Of a DNA stretch of 64,000 nt, positions 32,534 to 47,500 are shown piece after piece. The notes under the pieces are model-generated. The model was not told where the DNA came from and searched no databases. It saw only the letters and a list, made by a program, of their open reading frames with translations. How positions within the stretch are numbered: the first letter of the stretch is position 1; each line of letters starts with the position of its first letter. This DNA is from Craspedostauros australis. Lineage: Eukaryota. The position numbers were made by a program, and so were the translations under genes. The DNA is taken from positions 1 through 64,000 of the forward strand of contig JALAGF010001634.1 in the NCBI GenBank assembly GCA_030167865.1, read 5' to 3'.

Positions 32534-35500
32534 TCACGAAAGCAGCAACATTTTCCGCGACTGCAATGGCAATGCCACGACTGCGATGCAATACAGAAAC
32601 CAGAGCAACGGGACCAACCGCGCGGACTACATGAGACAGCTGCTTCGGGTGATGGCGCCGATCGCAATGGATGTATCCGCGGCAATCGCATCCCAGCTAA
32701 TGGCAACCAAATCATCTGTAGATTCAGCTGCATTTTCAGCTCAGGCTGTCCAATTCTTCGTGTTGTACTCCCAGTGGCTACCAATCGCACCTCATCTCTC
32801 GCCCATGTTCACGGAACTCTTGATGGCAGCTCAATGCTCCAAGAATCAGCACATCAAAGTCCGGCCCAATGAGGTGCAGCAAAGCCAGTGCGACACAACT
32901 ATCTCAATGATCGTGGCGCAGGCATCCTACCAGCTCTCGAGCTTCTACAACAATCGCCGTGATGTCGCCACACTGCAAAAGATTTGGGATTGGTCTCACA
33001 TATTCACCATCCTTCTGACGAACGTCAGCAACAGTGCCAAGATTCGCGTGGACGACGATGCCATGGACGTGGATACAGAATCACAGGAGCACACTGCTCA
33101 ACGTGCCAACACCAGCACCAGCACGATGCTGTTGTGGTATGCAACACGGACCATCGCCAATCTGATGGATTGGAGTCCAGTGAAAAAGATGGAATATCTC
33201 AAACGATTTAACGTCCAGCATGACATGGTGCCGTGGAATCTTCATCCATGGATAGTCGATCAAGAGGAGGCGGCCATGCAAGCCATGTCACTCAAAGGAC
33301 GCGTGGAACTTTGGGATGGGGATGAATTCGTTCTGCCATCAGCCCAATTGGTACGGTCGCTCGTGCCAAAGCACACCCTCCTGGTTACAGTTGGCAACAA
33401 CTTTGACTTCTTCCGACGGGGTGCCATTGAGAAATCCTCTCGGGTCGCAGTAGCATCAGATATGCGGGGGCCCTCGTCTGCGCATCTGGCATCGCAGATT
33501 GCAGACCATCCATCGAATGGCCGGATGGTGCACACTACAACGACCATACGCAATCTCACCCTAATCGGTGGGTCGCTGTGCGCGCAACCGTACCCCCGAC
33601 CCGTGCTCGTTTGCGGCAGGACGGGATCGGGCAAGTCTAGCCTGGTCAAGGAACTCAACCGGCTGTGCCAATCAGATGCACCATTGCTGGAAATACACGT
33701 CGACGAAGAAACGGATTCAAAGACCTTGGTCGGATCGTACACGACAACCGACATCCCTGGAGAGTTCTCCTGGCGTCCCGGGGCACTGACACGAGCCGCG
33801 CGTAGCGGACAATGGGTTCTGCTGGAGGACATTGACGCTGTTCCGGTCGAGATTCAAGCAGCTCTCGTCAAGCTGTTCGAGGAACGGCTCGTCCCAATCG
33901 GCAATGGGAAGTACGAGCGATGCCATCCAAATTTCCGCCTCTTCGGCACTTGCACCACAACAGAGGTGCATCACGGCAGTGGCAGCAACGGCGAGAATGT
34001 CCGCAGCCTGCGAATTGGATCGCATCGCAGCGGTGGAAAGAGGATACTGAATCCAACCTTGTGGCAGAATGTCCACATCGATCCGTTGCCCATTTCGGAA
34101 CTCAAGCATGTTGCGAAAGCTCTGTTCCCAAACCTCCCGGACAGCGTGACCCAAGCATGCATGTCCGTCATGACGGCTTTCGATGGCGGTCAGGAGAAGC
34201 AAAAGCAGAAGCAGGATGACAAGGAATCCTCGGACGATGGCGACGACGGTGAAGTGCAGGAGCACTTACAAGAATCAGATCGGCACGAAAGCAACGAGCA
34301 CCATCGCCAATACCAACACCATTCCTTCAACGCCAGCAACCTTAGGATTGGCCGGCAACCGACTATCCGCGACTTGTTCAAACTGCTGTCTCGAATCAGT
34401 CACGGCATGACATTCGAAGAAAAAGCGACGTACACGACGGAGTCGCAACGAATCCAATGCTTGGCGGAAAGCGTCGATGTATTCTTGGGCTCGTGCCCGG
34501 ACAAGGATGTCAGGCAACAGTTTGTCGCTGGCTGCGCAGCTCCTGTGTGGCAGATCACTGGCGATGCAGCAATGCGCCACGTTGAAACACGGCAACCGGA
34601 CACCCAAATATCGGAGGACTATGTCAAGATCGGCAGGTCGATCCTGACGACCCGGATCGCCGATCAATTCACCAGCAACCAATCGGAGTCGTTCTCACAA
34701 ACGAATCACTCGCTGCGCTTGATGGAATCCATCGGGATATGCATTCGGGAGAACGAGCCGACTCTCCTCGTGGGAGAAACTGGATGCGGAAAGACCACGT
34801 TGATTCAGGAGCTTGCGAAGTCGTGCGGACGCGAGATGGTGGTTCAAAACCTCTCGCTCCAGACCGATTCCACAGACTTGCTGGGGGGATACAAACCCCT
34901 TGAGATTGGCAACATCGCCGATCGTACCTACAGAGACTTTGTGGATATCTTCGTCGCCACTTTCTCGAGAAAGCAAAACTCTCAGTTCCTGGACTACGCA
35001 GCGTCCATGAAGCAAAAGAAGAAGTGGAAGCGACTGTCTCAATGCTTCTTGAAGGCTGTGAAACTTGGATTGGCAAAGGTCAAATCCTTGACAAATCCCA
35101 ACGCGGCAAATGAGAACGCCGCACAATCCTTATCGGTGGAGCGATGGGCACAATTCCAGCAAGAAGCAGAGACTTTCGAACGGCAAAGAGTCGCGTGCGA
35201 TACTGGATTGGCATTTGCTTTCTCGGAGGGCGCGCTTGTTGATGCCATCAAGAAGGGCAAATGGGTCCTGCTGGATGAGATCAACCTCGCCTCGTCGGAG
35301 ACGCTGCAGCGCCTTTGCGGATTGCTCGACGATTCTGCAGGCAGCATCACGTTGACCGAGAGAGGTGACGCGCAGGCCATTCGGCGAGATCCAGACTTTC
35401 GGCTCTTCGCCGCCATGAATCCGGCCACGGATGCCGGCAAGAAAGATCTGCAAGCCAGCATAAGGTCGCGTTTCACCGAGATTTACGTGCACGATCTGCT

Positions 35501-38500
35501 CGATCCGATCGAATTGCGCACGGTGGTCGCTACGTATCTGTCCAGCGTGCTGCCCGCAAACGAAAAGCCTCCCGAGCATCGTGACATCGTCATCCTCGTG
35601 ACAGATCTGTACCTCAGATGCCGCGAGCTCGCAGAAGACTGCCTTGTGGATGGGTCGGGACACAAGCCAAGGTACACGTTGCGGACATTGTCCAGAGCTC
35701 TGAAAGCCGCCAAGGCCATGGTTCTTGAGCAAAGGCTACCGCTGCGACGGGTACTCTACGAAGGTTTCCAGCTCGCATTCGAAGGCTGTCTCAACGATGC
35801 CTCCACCAAGGCGGTAAGGAAGATCATCAAAGCACTCATCAAGAACGTATGCTCTAAGACTGACCTGGAACAACCAGGAAGACGTCCCGGCGGCCGTCAG
35901 GGTGCGAGTAGCTACACGCTGCTGAAGCCATTTTGGATCAAGACAGGACCGGTGGAACCAAGCGATTGGGCGGGCGTCTCCGCATCGGGGCGAGCGCGCT
36001 TCATCCTCACCGACTCCGCGCAGACGAATCTCCGGCGTCTGGCATGCGCGATCGCTTCGGGACCTTGGCCCGTCCTTCTTGAGGGCCCCACGAGCGCAGG
36101 CAAAACTACGTTGGTCGAGTACATCGCAGCCCGTTGCGGCCACCAGGTGGTTCGAATCAACAACCATGAACACACAGATGTTCAGGAGTATACAGGATCA
36201 TTCTCCGCTGATTCCAGAGGCTTGCTTTCGTTTCGCGATGGCATCTTGGTCAAGGCCCTGCGTCGAGGACACTGGGTGATTCTGGACGAGCTAAATCTTG
36301 CCCCAAGCGAAGTTCTGGAGGCGCTCAATCGACTGCTCGATGACAATCGCGAGCTCTATCTCGCAGAAACAAATGAAACTGTGAAGCCGCATCCCAACTT
36401 CAGGCTCTTTGCGACACAAAATCCGTCCGGCGTGTACGGCGGGCGCAAGCCATTATCCCGAGCATTCCGAAATCGATTCGTTGAGCTGTACCTGGGAGAT
36501 ATCCCGAGCAACGAGATGATTTTGATCTTGGAAAAGAGATGCGGGTGCCCGCCATCTCATGCCAAGAGGCTGGTGGAGGTGATGGACAAGCTACGCTACA
36601 GGCGAAGCAAGAGCAGCCTCTTCCTTGGCAAGGACAGTCTGATCACCCCTCGTGATCTCCTCCGCTGGGCTAGCCGCGAAACGACAACCAAACTAGAACT
36701 TGTCCACGAGGGGTACATGCTGCTGGCGGAGAGACTCCGGACCGACGAAGAAAAGGGTTTGGTGCAGGAGGTGCTGGAGGAGGTCTTCAAAACCAAAATG
36801 GACATGGACGAGTTTTACTACGGAAAGCAGTCCGCCTCACGAGAACTCTTGCACGACTGGATGAATAGCAATGTTCACCAACGTCCTGCGTCATCCAATT
36901 TCGTGGCTTCCATCGCTCCCACGAGATCCTTGCTGAGGTTGATCAGCCTTGTTTCCAGATGCGTGAAACAAAAAGAACCGGTTCTGTTGGTCGGTGAAAC
37001 AGGATGTGGCAAAACCACCGTCGTGCAATTCTTGAGCTATGTTTATCAGCAGCAGCTTCTCGCCGTCAACTGCCACGCAACGACAGAAACTTCCGATCTC
37101 CTCGGCAGCCTGCGACCAGTGAGAGGGCGCAACCAGCTTGCACGTCGAGCCATGCACAAGCTGAGGTACTTGCTTTCGACTTTGTCGCAGCATGATCTCA
37201 CAAGTGACGTCGAAATTTCACCAAAGCTCAAACAGTGGCTCTCGTACAATCGACACGAAGAACCAGAATTGGGGACGGAAGACATGGAGATCGATCATAG
37301 TGACGGCCATGACGATGCCGTCGTCGACGTGAACGCCGTTAGCGACGCTGGTGGTGCGAAGAATCCTCAAGCTTTGGCAGAAATCGTCCTCGGCCCGCTC
37401 GAGCTGCAAAACATCCAAGCGATACTGAAAAACGCTCTCAAGCTGCCGAACCCTGACAATGACGAATCGAAGGGGCTTCAGGAAACGCGACGCAAACGTC
37501 GGAAACTGGCCACCGGGCCCCAGTCGTCATCGGAAAGCGACGCAAGCGTTGAGATGACCGAAAATGTGCTTCCGTCAATCGAAAGGGTGTGTGACGAAGT
37601 GCAAGACCTCATTTCAAGGTACTCCTCGTTGTTTGAATGGTCAGATGGACCGCTCGTCCAGGCCATGAAGGCAGGTCACATGATGCTGTTGGACGAGATG
37701 AGCCTGGCTGAAGATGCAGTGCTGGAGAGACTGAACTCCGTGTTGGAGCCATCGAGGACACTCGTGTTGGCGGAGAAAGGCGACGATCATCGAACAACCG
37801 ATGATGGCGTCGATGATCGCATTATCCACGCCCATGACAGCTTCAGGATTTTCGCCACGATGAACCCAGGAGGAGATTTCGGAAAGCGAGAGCTGAGCCC
37901 TGCTCTTCGAAGTCGTTTTACAGAGATCTGGGTGCCGTCCATTTCTCATAGATCGGACATCGAGATTGTTCTTAGACAGACGATCAATCCATGCATCAGG
38001 CATATTCCAGGTTCGGGGGACGTGCTACCTTGCATGTTGGAGTACATTGAGTGGTTCAACGTGACCGTGTGTGGTGAATTGGCAAGCACTCTCAGTGGAT
38101 TGAAGCTTTCCCTCCGGGATATGCTTTCCTGGGCTCGCTTCATTGCGGAGGCGACGAGCAAAAACCAAAACATCACGTTGTGGAGTGCGTATCGTCATGG
38201 CGCGTGTTTGATGCACTTGGACGGGCTGGGGCTAGGCGCAGGCCTCGGCCTTCAAGAGGCGGACAAGGCCCGAAAGCTGGCTTTGGACTTCATCAACGGG
38301 CAGACTCCAGCGAAACATCGATCGCCGCCAAACGAACGAGTTCATCGCTTCCAGTTGAGCGGCGAAAACAGCTTTGGCTCGCACCCCTTCTTCATCCGAA
38401 CAGGGACCGAATCCATCCCAGAATCGTCCTTCAACTTGCACGCCCCCACGACCGCGCAAAATGCGTTTCGTGTGCTCCGAGGTATGCAAGTCCGAAAGCC

Positions 38501-41500
38501 CATCCTCCTGGAAGGTTCGCCTGGGGTCGGTAAGACTAGTCTGGTCACTGCTCTCGCAGCTGCTTCGGGGCACAAGCTCGTCCGCATCAACCTGTCCGAG
38601 CAGACGGATATATCAGACCTCATGGGCAATGACCTTCCCGTGCAAGACGTTGAATCGAGCGGGGCCTCCTTCCGTTGGTGCGATGGAGTGCTGCTGACAG
38701 CAATCAAGGAGGGTAGCTGGATTCTGCTTGATGAATTGAACCTCGCGTCTCAGTCAGTGCTGGAAGGCTTGAACAGCTGCCTTGATCACCGAGCCACTGT
38801 GTACATACCTGAACTGGGCACCACGTACGACTGTCCGTCCACGTTCCGCATCTTTGCGGCGCAAAATCCTCTCGCGCAAGGCGGTGGAAGAAAGGGGTTG
38901 CCAAAGTCATTCTTGAATCGATTCACCAAGGTGTATGTCGATGCGCTTGATCTCCACGACCTCAAGTCCATCGTGACCGGCCGATACCCTCAAATCGAGA
39001 TCGATCTCGTCAACAAGCTTATCACTTTCAACGGTATGGTGAATCAAGCGGTGGCCGAAGACAGATCCTTTGGAGATGCCGGCAGTCCGTGGGAGTTCAA
39101 TCTTCGCGACGTCTTCCGCCTCTGTGATTTGCTCGTGAAGACCGGAACCAATGTGAATGACATTGTGCGCGACCTATACCATCAGCGATTTAGAACCGGG
39201 TCAGATCGCCAGCACATCGCCCAGCTCTATTCAAAGGTGTTTGGAACAAAATTAGAGGCCGCAAAGCCCGTGGCTATCGTCCCCACACACTCGACAGTGA
39301 AAGTCGGGAATGTCGTGCTCGAGCGGCTTCTCCCATGCGATTCCAATACACACACGCCCATGTCCCAAGATCGTCACATCCCGACATCGCTCCTGCAACC
39401 GATTGAAGCCATTGCACGATGTATCTCATTGCAGTGGCCATGCCTTGTGGTTGGATCGTCCGATCACGATAACTCCTCCATGATTTCGGCGCTTGCGGAA
39501 CTTTGCTGCGTCGGAATCATGGAGCACTGCCTTTCGCCATCATCGGATGTGACCGAGCTCATCGGGTGCTTTGAGCAGGTGGACAAACTGGAATCTGAGA
39601 AGCAGCTCGTCAATGACGTGATCGAATTGACAGCGTGCGTTCTACACGAAAGCGGAAACGCAAGCCTGGACACTGGTACTGATCCAGCGCTATCTGGCCG
39701 CGCATGGACCTTGTACCTGTCGATGTCTGAGGCTCGGCAGAGAATTGCTGACGATGGTGAATCGGTGCTGCTGACAAGAATGAAGGACTGTCTGGCCGCG
39801 ATCGAGAAACTGGTGGAGTCTTTGACGCAAGGTGCGCCAACATCTCATTCCAGCTCCTTTGCGGTTCTGCGCAACTCCTTGATTCCACGGGTTGAGAATG
39901 GAATACAGTGCATCAAGGAGGCAAAGCAACGTGCGCATAGCAGCGAATCAGGAGGGCATTTCGTATGGAGAGATGGCGTGCTTGTCCAGGCGATGAGGGA
40001 GGGCAGGTGGTTGCATCTGGAGAATGCAAACTTGTGCCCATCATCTGTGCTGGATCGGCTGAATTCAGTTCTCGAAAAGAACGGCGAATTGCTGCTTTCA
40101 GAATGCGGCACGCAGAATGAGACGAGCGGGGAGACTAGCTATCAGATCATCCGTCCCCATCCGAACTTCAGGATATTCCTTTCGATGAATCCATCGAATG
40201 GAGAAATATCGAGGGCGATGCGAAATAGATGCGTCGAAGTCGCGGTGGTGTATCCTCACGACGATCAACACACTGGAGGCGGTGGTCAGCAACTGCACCG
40301 AACCACCAAGAAGTTCGACGAGAACACTGTGGAACTCCTCAATGCACAATGGAGGAATGGAGCGCGTTTGAACACTTTGGCTGCATACCTCGATGCTTCG
40401 TTCTCCATCGAACACAGCAAGGCAGCTAGTTCTGGTGGCAAAGCTCCTAGTATGGAGAACCTCGGCGCCGCAGCAGATCTATTCAGCAACTTCCTGCGTC
40501 GCGGACTCGGCACAACCGAGGTGTCAAGACAAGTGCTGAATCTTTCCTTGGAGCTCGATGATACTGCTTCCGCGGCACTTGTGAATGAACTCAAGGAGTC
40601 TGCGATGATCTCGCTTCAAGATGACCCAATTCCAACGGACGCGTCCATCCGGTCGTCATGGTCCTTGTCAGCATCGGAAGCGAGAATCCGCTGGGAGTCC
40701 CGCGTCATCCGTCTCTTTCTTCGATTGAATCCGTGGGATTCTAGTGTACCTGGATCCGAGCACAGCCAGCAATTGACGCTCGTCCATCAATGTGCCAAAA
40801 TGCTTGATGGTGGACGACATGGTACGGCTCCCTCCTCTGAGCTTATTCGAAATCTACTGATCGAGCTTTACGTATCGCGGACTGATGGCACGGACTTCCA
40901 TCAACGCGTAGCCTTCCTTGGAGCACTTCCTGTCTGTCGGCTTGTCCGTTCGGCGGTGCGTGCTATGTCAAAAAGTATCGAAGAGCAGCGGAGCATCACA
41001 GCAAATGCCATTGCTCCCGCTCCTTCAGGTTCATCCAGCGAGACCGAGACGGCAGCTGGAACGGCGATGGATGCACTCGTCTCCACCCGATCGAATCAGG
41101 TTGCCCAGGAGCTGGTCGAGAAGGAATGGGAATCAAGAATTTCAGACAACAACAGGGATAACAAGGATGGCGCCGTGCCAAGTGTCCTGGAGGTTTCGTA
41201 TCTGCTGCATTGCGGCAAAAGCAAACGATCCGACGTCAGCTGCGCAGTCACAGCGATCCTTTACCCCCTCCTCAAGGAGATTGATTCTACGATCGATGGC
41301 ATTTTCAACGCTTGGAATGGCCATATCGATCCAGCGTCGTCGTATCAGGACAAAACAGGTCTCATGAAGGACATGCTGAAGGAACGAGACAAGCTCTGGG
41401 GGTGCGTGCGGCACGCTGAGTTTGTTTCGGAGGGCTATGGATTCTTGGCCTTCGATGAAGCCGAATTTCTGGTCCAATGGAAATGGTTCAAACGAAGTCT

Positions 41501-44500
41501 CGTGCCTGTGAAGCTTGCGCTGCAGGCGGATGTCAACTTCGGAAAGCTCACGGCCTTCGTCGAGACAGTCGATATGGGCCTCTTCGGCACGAGCGACCCT
41601 CAGCAGGAAAAGTACGCAGTGAGGAAGAAAATGGCAAAGCCCCTCCCTCCGCAGTCAAGGGAGGCGGCCACAGTACTGCAACGCATTCGCGCAGTGGCAA
41701 GATCATACTCCATCACACAAGGCGATCACCACTTCCTGGGTGCTGAAAGACGCGGCCATGATGCAAATCTTGTCAAGCGTCTAATCGACGAGCTCCATCC
41801 AGTCCTTTTCGTGAAGAACAAGGACAAGCTGGACCTTCTGATGGCGCTGTGTACGGCTCACTGGGCCTCAGCCAACGAAATCCAGCAGAACAAGGAAACT
41901 TGGCGAGGATCAGTATTTCTGAGCAGCAAATCTGCGGCTGCATTGGAACAATCTCTATCCGAGAACCGGCAAAAGTTCGCAGCCAAGATCGAGGCGCGCA
42001 GAATCGACACGCAGATTGCGACTGTCGAAAATCAAATGAGCTTGGAGAAGCTTGAGTCGCTGCGTGCTGCGCCAGATTCGGGGCTCGGCAATTCCTGGCG
42101 AGACGTACCATCCCAAATCCTTCAAGTGATCGCATCCCTCCAGATCGTTCCAGTCGCAGAGGTGTGGTGCATCCTTCAGGAACGCAGAATATTGACGGAG
42201 TGCCAACGAATATTCGTTCGCCAGGACTGGGCGGCTTTGAGCGGAGTCGTGGCTGAGACCCGGCACTACGTCGATGTTGTCATTTCCAGCACCTCTTGGG
42301 ACGTCAAGGAGCTACGGTGCTACCAAACTCTGCTCTGGGCCCTTGAGGGTGACGATGCGCCAAACGTCGAGATCTTCCACGCCCTCCTCAGATGCCTGCT
42401 CCCAGCTATGGTTTGCTGTCACTGGAATCACTGCTGGGTAAACACCTTCTCAGATCTGGAATCGAGGTGCATCGAGCTGGAGATCCCGTTCGTCTGGAAC
42501 GACAAACCTTCTGCTCCACCAACACGGCAATGGATTGACAGCCGGCAAGATGAAACATCGACTATCCGTGGACCGCATCAAGTGGACCAGATGGTGCGAA
42601 CAGAAGCCATCCTGGGAATGCTCGGGGATCACTTCTTACACTCGAACCGCCACCACACGAACAGGCTCTTCTCGTTGGAGAACATCGAGGCAAGACAAAT
42701 CCAATCCAAGAAGCTACTGTCCATGCTTTCGACGCTGACAACACCAGCACCTTGCGATGACATGTATGGAATCCTCTACCACCTCCACGATGCGATGAAC
42801 GCGCTTCAGCACCACCTGGACGAAAGCAGCTTCCAGCGGCTGATCGAATTGGCTCGGAATCCGGCCTTGCTGACTTCGCTCTCACAAGCTGATGTCAGGC
42901 AGATGGCCTCAAATTGCTCATTGCCGCTGTTCACATCGATGTTGGATACGCTGTTCATGCCCATCGTCGCATGTATTCGCATCTTGTACTCGAAGGTCGC
43001 GCAGTCACGTGAGAAACGCCAAGCTCTTGCCTTGGCGAACATCCATCTGGGACTGCTGAGGCTCCAGTTCTTGGTTCCAGAATCGCCTTTAGATCCAGGT
43101 AGAGCACCGTTGGCAAAGGTTTCCATCCTGAACAGGTCCACCGAGAGGAACGTGGCCAAGCAGACGGCGATCCGTCTGGAGAGCGGCTTCATCGATGGTT
43201 GCTTCAACCCTCAGACTGCTGCTTTGGCGGAGCTCTGCGACGAAGAAGCAAAGTTGCGAGCGAAGGCAGCATCCCAAACGAAGAAAATCATCGAGCGGCC
43301 TGATGACGCACCTCCCTTCTACGACTTCTTCCGCGAAGTTAGGGACGTTGCAACAGGTTTTGCGAGCATTTCCAGCGTCCAGTCGCTTCTCGAGCTCATC
43401 CAGTCCTTCGACGATGCCACCCCAACGGAAAGCAGATGCCAGGCACGAACAAGGAATGCCCGCGAGGAAACGTGGCAAACCACTGCAAACGCTATTTGCG
43501 ACAGGCTGCAGAAGCATTTTTCTGCATACGAGGACATATCGCTGCCGATCGTGGAGTCCATCCGCCGGATACAAACGGGACTCCGTGACATGCAAATGAT
43601 GAATGTGGAACCCTCGAATGATGGCCCGATGAATGCCCAATGTTACTTCCTCAAGTTTCCTTCGGGCTACCACGATAGATCGATGCGGAATGATTCAGGG
43701 ACTCTTTTTTCTAGCCTGAGACAGATTTTGGAAACCAACCAACGAGACGAGGGCTTCTGCGCCAGACAAAGCCTCATGGCTGCATTGACGCACCTTCTTT
43801 GCGAAAGGCGATTGTTCGGCCACGATGCGTCCTTCACAAAGGCGTGCTCGGTGATCTTCGAAACAGCGGTCGCAGCACATCTAAACGGTGTATCGGCTTC
43901 GGATTTGGAGGGTCTTGGCGAAGCTGCGGATGAGGACATGCTGTTCGAAGAGGTCTTCCCGAATCATTACAAAGAATTCACCGAAGTCCTCGATGTAGCC
44001 GACGATGGAATGGATTCAGATGGCGACGACGGAGATAGAGATGGAGACAGGAGCGACGAGGAAGACGACGAAGGCAACAAGTCGATCCATCTCCGATTTG
44101 ATCAGCCCCAGCTGTCGATGCTTGCGATGCTGCACCGTGACATCTACTCTACTGTCAACCAGAGCAGCCTGTCGCACCAGACAAGGATGAGCACATTCTG
44201 GACTTCGTACGGTGCGGCCAGCGCGATTGAGCAGGAGCACCGCTGTGCGGGGACTGTATCCAACGATGAAGAGGTGCTCTCGTGTCATGCCATGGCTCTT
44301 GCGGTCACACTAAAGACCAATCGAGAGATCTTTGACCATGAGAATGCGCACGGAAAGACTTACGAAGAATGGGTTGACTTCCACAATGACCCATGGCCCC
44401 AGGAATCCATGTCAGCCGCTCCACCCATCGAAGGTCTGATCGCGAGAATCAGTCAGCTCCTCTCCGCATTCCCGGGGAACGCCATTCTGCTCTCTCTGGG

Positions 44501-47500
44501 CAAATTGTGCGAGCGAGTTCTGAAGTACGACCTGGTAACGACGCCGATTGGAAAGATGATGACAGGGCTCGAGGTGGTGCTGCGCCAGGCCCAAGATTGG
44601 GAGCAGCATGCCAGCGATAGAGTCAGGTTGGGTGAGCCGTTGCAGAAAGTTGCACACATCGTGGCACGGTGGAGGAAGGTCGAGCTAAAGAGCTGGTCCC
44701 GACTACTGGAAGGACGAGAAAGAAGAGTCAAGATGAAGGCCAGGCGATATTGGGCACGTCTCTACAGTGTCTTGATGCTACAATCCAAGGTACATTCAGC
44801 GCCAGCATCAGCATCAGAATCGACCATGGACATGGACATGGACGGATCACGGAAGGCGACGGTCACCCAGGTCAACCCTGACGATCACGATACACAGGTA
44901 ATCCAATCAATCAACGTCCCGACATGGGTGGTTGGAGATTCCACAAGCACTGTAGCGAGCTTGATGGAAAGCTTTGATGATGGATCGGCCAATGCTGCAG
45001 AACTTACAGAATTGGTCAAGCTCATTGACACGTTCGTGCTGACGTCAAGTCTCGGCCAGATTGAGGAGCGACTGACCATGCTAGAAGGCTTCGTGAATCA
45101 AACTCGAGTGGAAAATATGTACGGTCAGGAGCACAAGTCATGGAGACTGAAGCAGCATCGAGCTTTGCAATGCATTGTGTCTTACTACCGCCAATTCTTG
45201 CCCTTCCTCCTCGAGAAGCTCGATGTCCTCCGCCAGCCAATCGAGACAAAGCTCAAGGATGAAGTGAAGCTGGCCAAGTGGGATGAGCAGTCGTACTACT
45301 CGCTTGTCGATTCCACAGAACGAAACCATCAAAAGCTCATGAAGATCCTCACATTGTACGATGAGGTGCTGTCCCTCAACGTGGGATTGCTTCTGCAGCA
45401 AGAGTCTTGCTCAGGCCTGCGATCGAGGGTGGAGGCATACGATGAAATGTGCACCACGATGCCATCCAATGCGATCTTCTTCCCGAACCGCGAGGGCAAG
45501 GTCGTGACGAAGTCGATGGCGTTGCAGTCGGGACGCAACTCCAAACGGAAGTGGACCGACAGTGCGATGGCAAGGACCGTCGTTGGCCACAAGCACGCCC
45601 TGAACATGCAGAAGTACGCAAAAAAGATGCGACGCATTCTCCGCAATCGAAAACAGATCGCAGCTCTGACCTGCTGCGTCGATGCGGCCAATGTTGCCAC
45701 AGATATTTGCGACGCCATCTTCAGCCGTATTGATGCGCTGCGAAACAAGTCCACGAGACCGATGAAAGAACGCGCCCTCGTCGATCTGTTCCGAGAGCTG
45801 AAGCAGCACGGTTTCAAATCGACGACTTGGGGGATTCCGAGCGAAGTTCGGAACTTGGTGGAACTGGGCCAGCTACCCTCTCCCGCTCCAACAAGTGACA
45901 TGAATCAGACCACGAGGGGCATCCTCGGCCAATCCGAGGCCTACTTCCAACGATGCCTTTCCGAATCCAAGGATTTCCATTCCGAAACAACCGCCCTGGG
46001 AAGCAAGTACATGACCCGACGCGAGATGGACATCATGATCAATCTATGCGATCACATGTTCCTCATGATGTGCCAGCAGAGGACAGTCATCGCCCATTCC
46101 ATCGAGGCACGGGACTCGCTCTCCCACGCAGCACAATCACTTTCGGATGATGACGGCGAAATCATGATGGAACAAAAGAGGCTGATGTCCCTCATTCGAC
46201 AAGTGCGGGTGGAGCTGACGTCTGCGAAAGAGACATTGAATCAGCTCATCCTGCTCCTCACGTCCACCAAACCGCAACTTGCCAACGCCAATCATCAGGA
46301 GTGGGTGAGGGACGTTCTGGTGAAGATGCACTCGATCCTTGAGATGCAGTACTTGGATGAGGAGGCCGTGGCTGTCACATCGCACACGCTCATCTCCGAC
46401 CGGCTGTTCGAAACCATCCAGAACATGCAACGGCAGCTGCAAGATGCCAAGAGGATTCTGACAGACTGCTATGAGCAGTGCACAACGCGTGCATGCCTTC
46501 CAACCGATGCCTTCGAAGTCTGCAAGGCGGCCTTTGAAAAGGCCCAACGGACAGCCGCGCAGTGCAACTGCATGCCGAAGCCTTCAAGCGTGCGACACGC
46601 ACAAAACAACAGTGGGCTCAACGAGCGATTTACAACTTCGTTGCAGCAGGCTATCGAATACTCCCTTCTTTCGTTTCAGGCCGTCCACAGCCACTCGGCA
46701 AGTGGTGATCAAATGGACACGATGTCTGGCGACGATAGCAAGAACCCATCCGCAGCACCAACAGTAGCAGCAGGCAACGAGAGCGAGCAGAGCCTTTGGG
46801 ACTACCATGACAGAGCAAACAAATATTGGTCATCATCCAAGATTTCCCGGCTGAGCAATGCAATCAAGGATACCATGAGGGAATTGGGGGCGTTGTACGA
46901 CATGCAATCCATGCCGAAGGCACAGCTGGAGGTGTGTGCCAGTCTCGGCCGAGATCTCACCGCAGTCGCTTCGCTGGTGGTCGACATGAGCGACCTCCAT
47001 CTGGAGAAGTACATACAATTCTACTATGCTATGGGCAAGCTCAATTATGTGCTCCTTCGAGTTTTCAGAGTTCTGGTTGCAAAAGGATATTGCTCGGATG
47101 AATCCAAAGAGGACAACGATGTGGATGCTGACGGCGACGTCACAGGCATGACCTTCGAGGATGACAACGATGGCACAGGAATGGGAGAAGGAGACGGAAA
47201 GAAGGATGTCACTGATCAGATCGAAGACGAAGAGCAGCTGCTTGGTCTGAAGGATGATATCGACAAGAACACGGACGAGAATCAGCAGAAGCAGGACCCC
47301 AAGCAGCTCGATGAGGAGGAAGCTGAGAAGGGCATGGAGATGGAAGGTGACTTCGACGGAGAGATGTTTGATGTTCCGGAGAATCAAAAGGAGGAGAACG
47401 ATCAGACGAACGACGATGATGATGATGAGGAAGAGCTTGATCGAGAGATGGGTGACGATGTAAGTCCCAACGAAGAGGTGGTTGATGAGAAGATGTGGGA

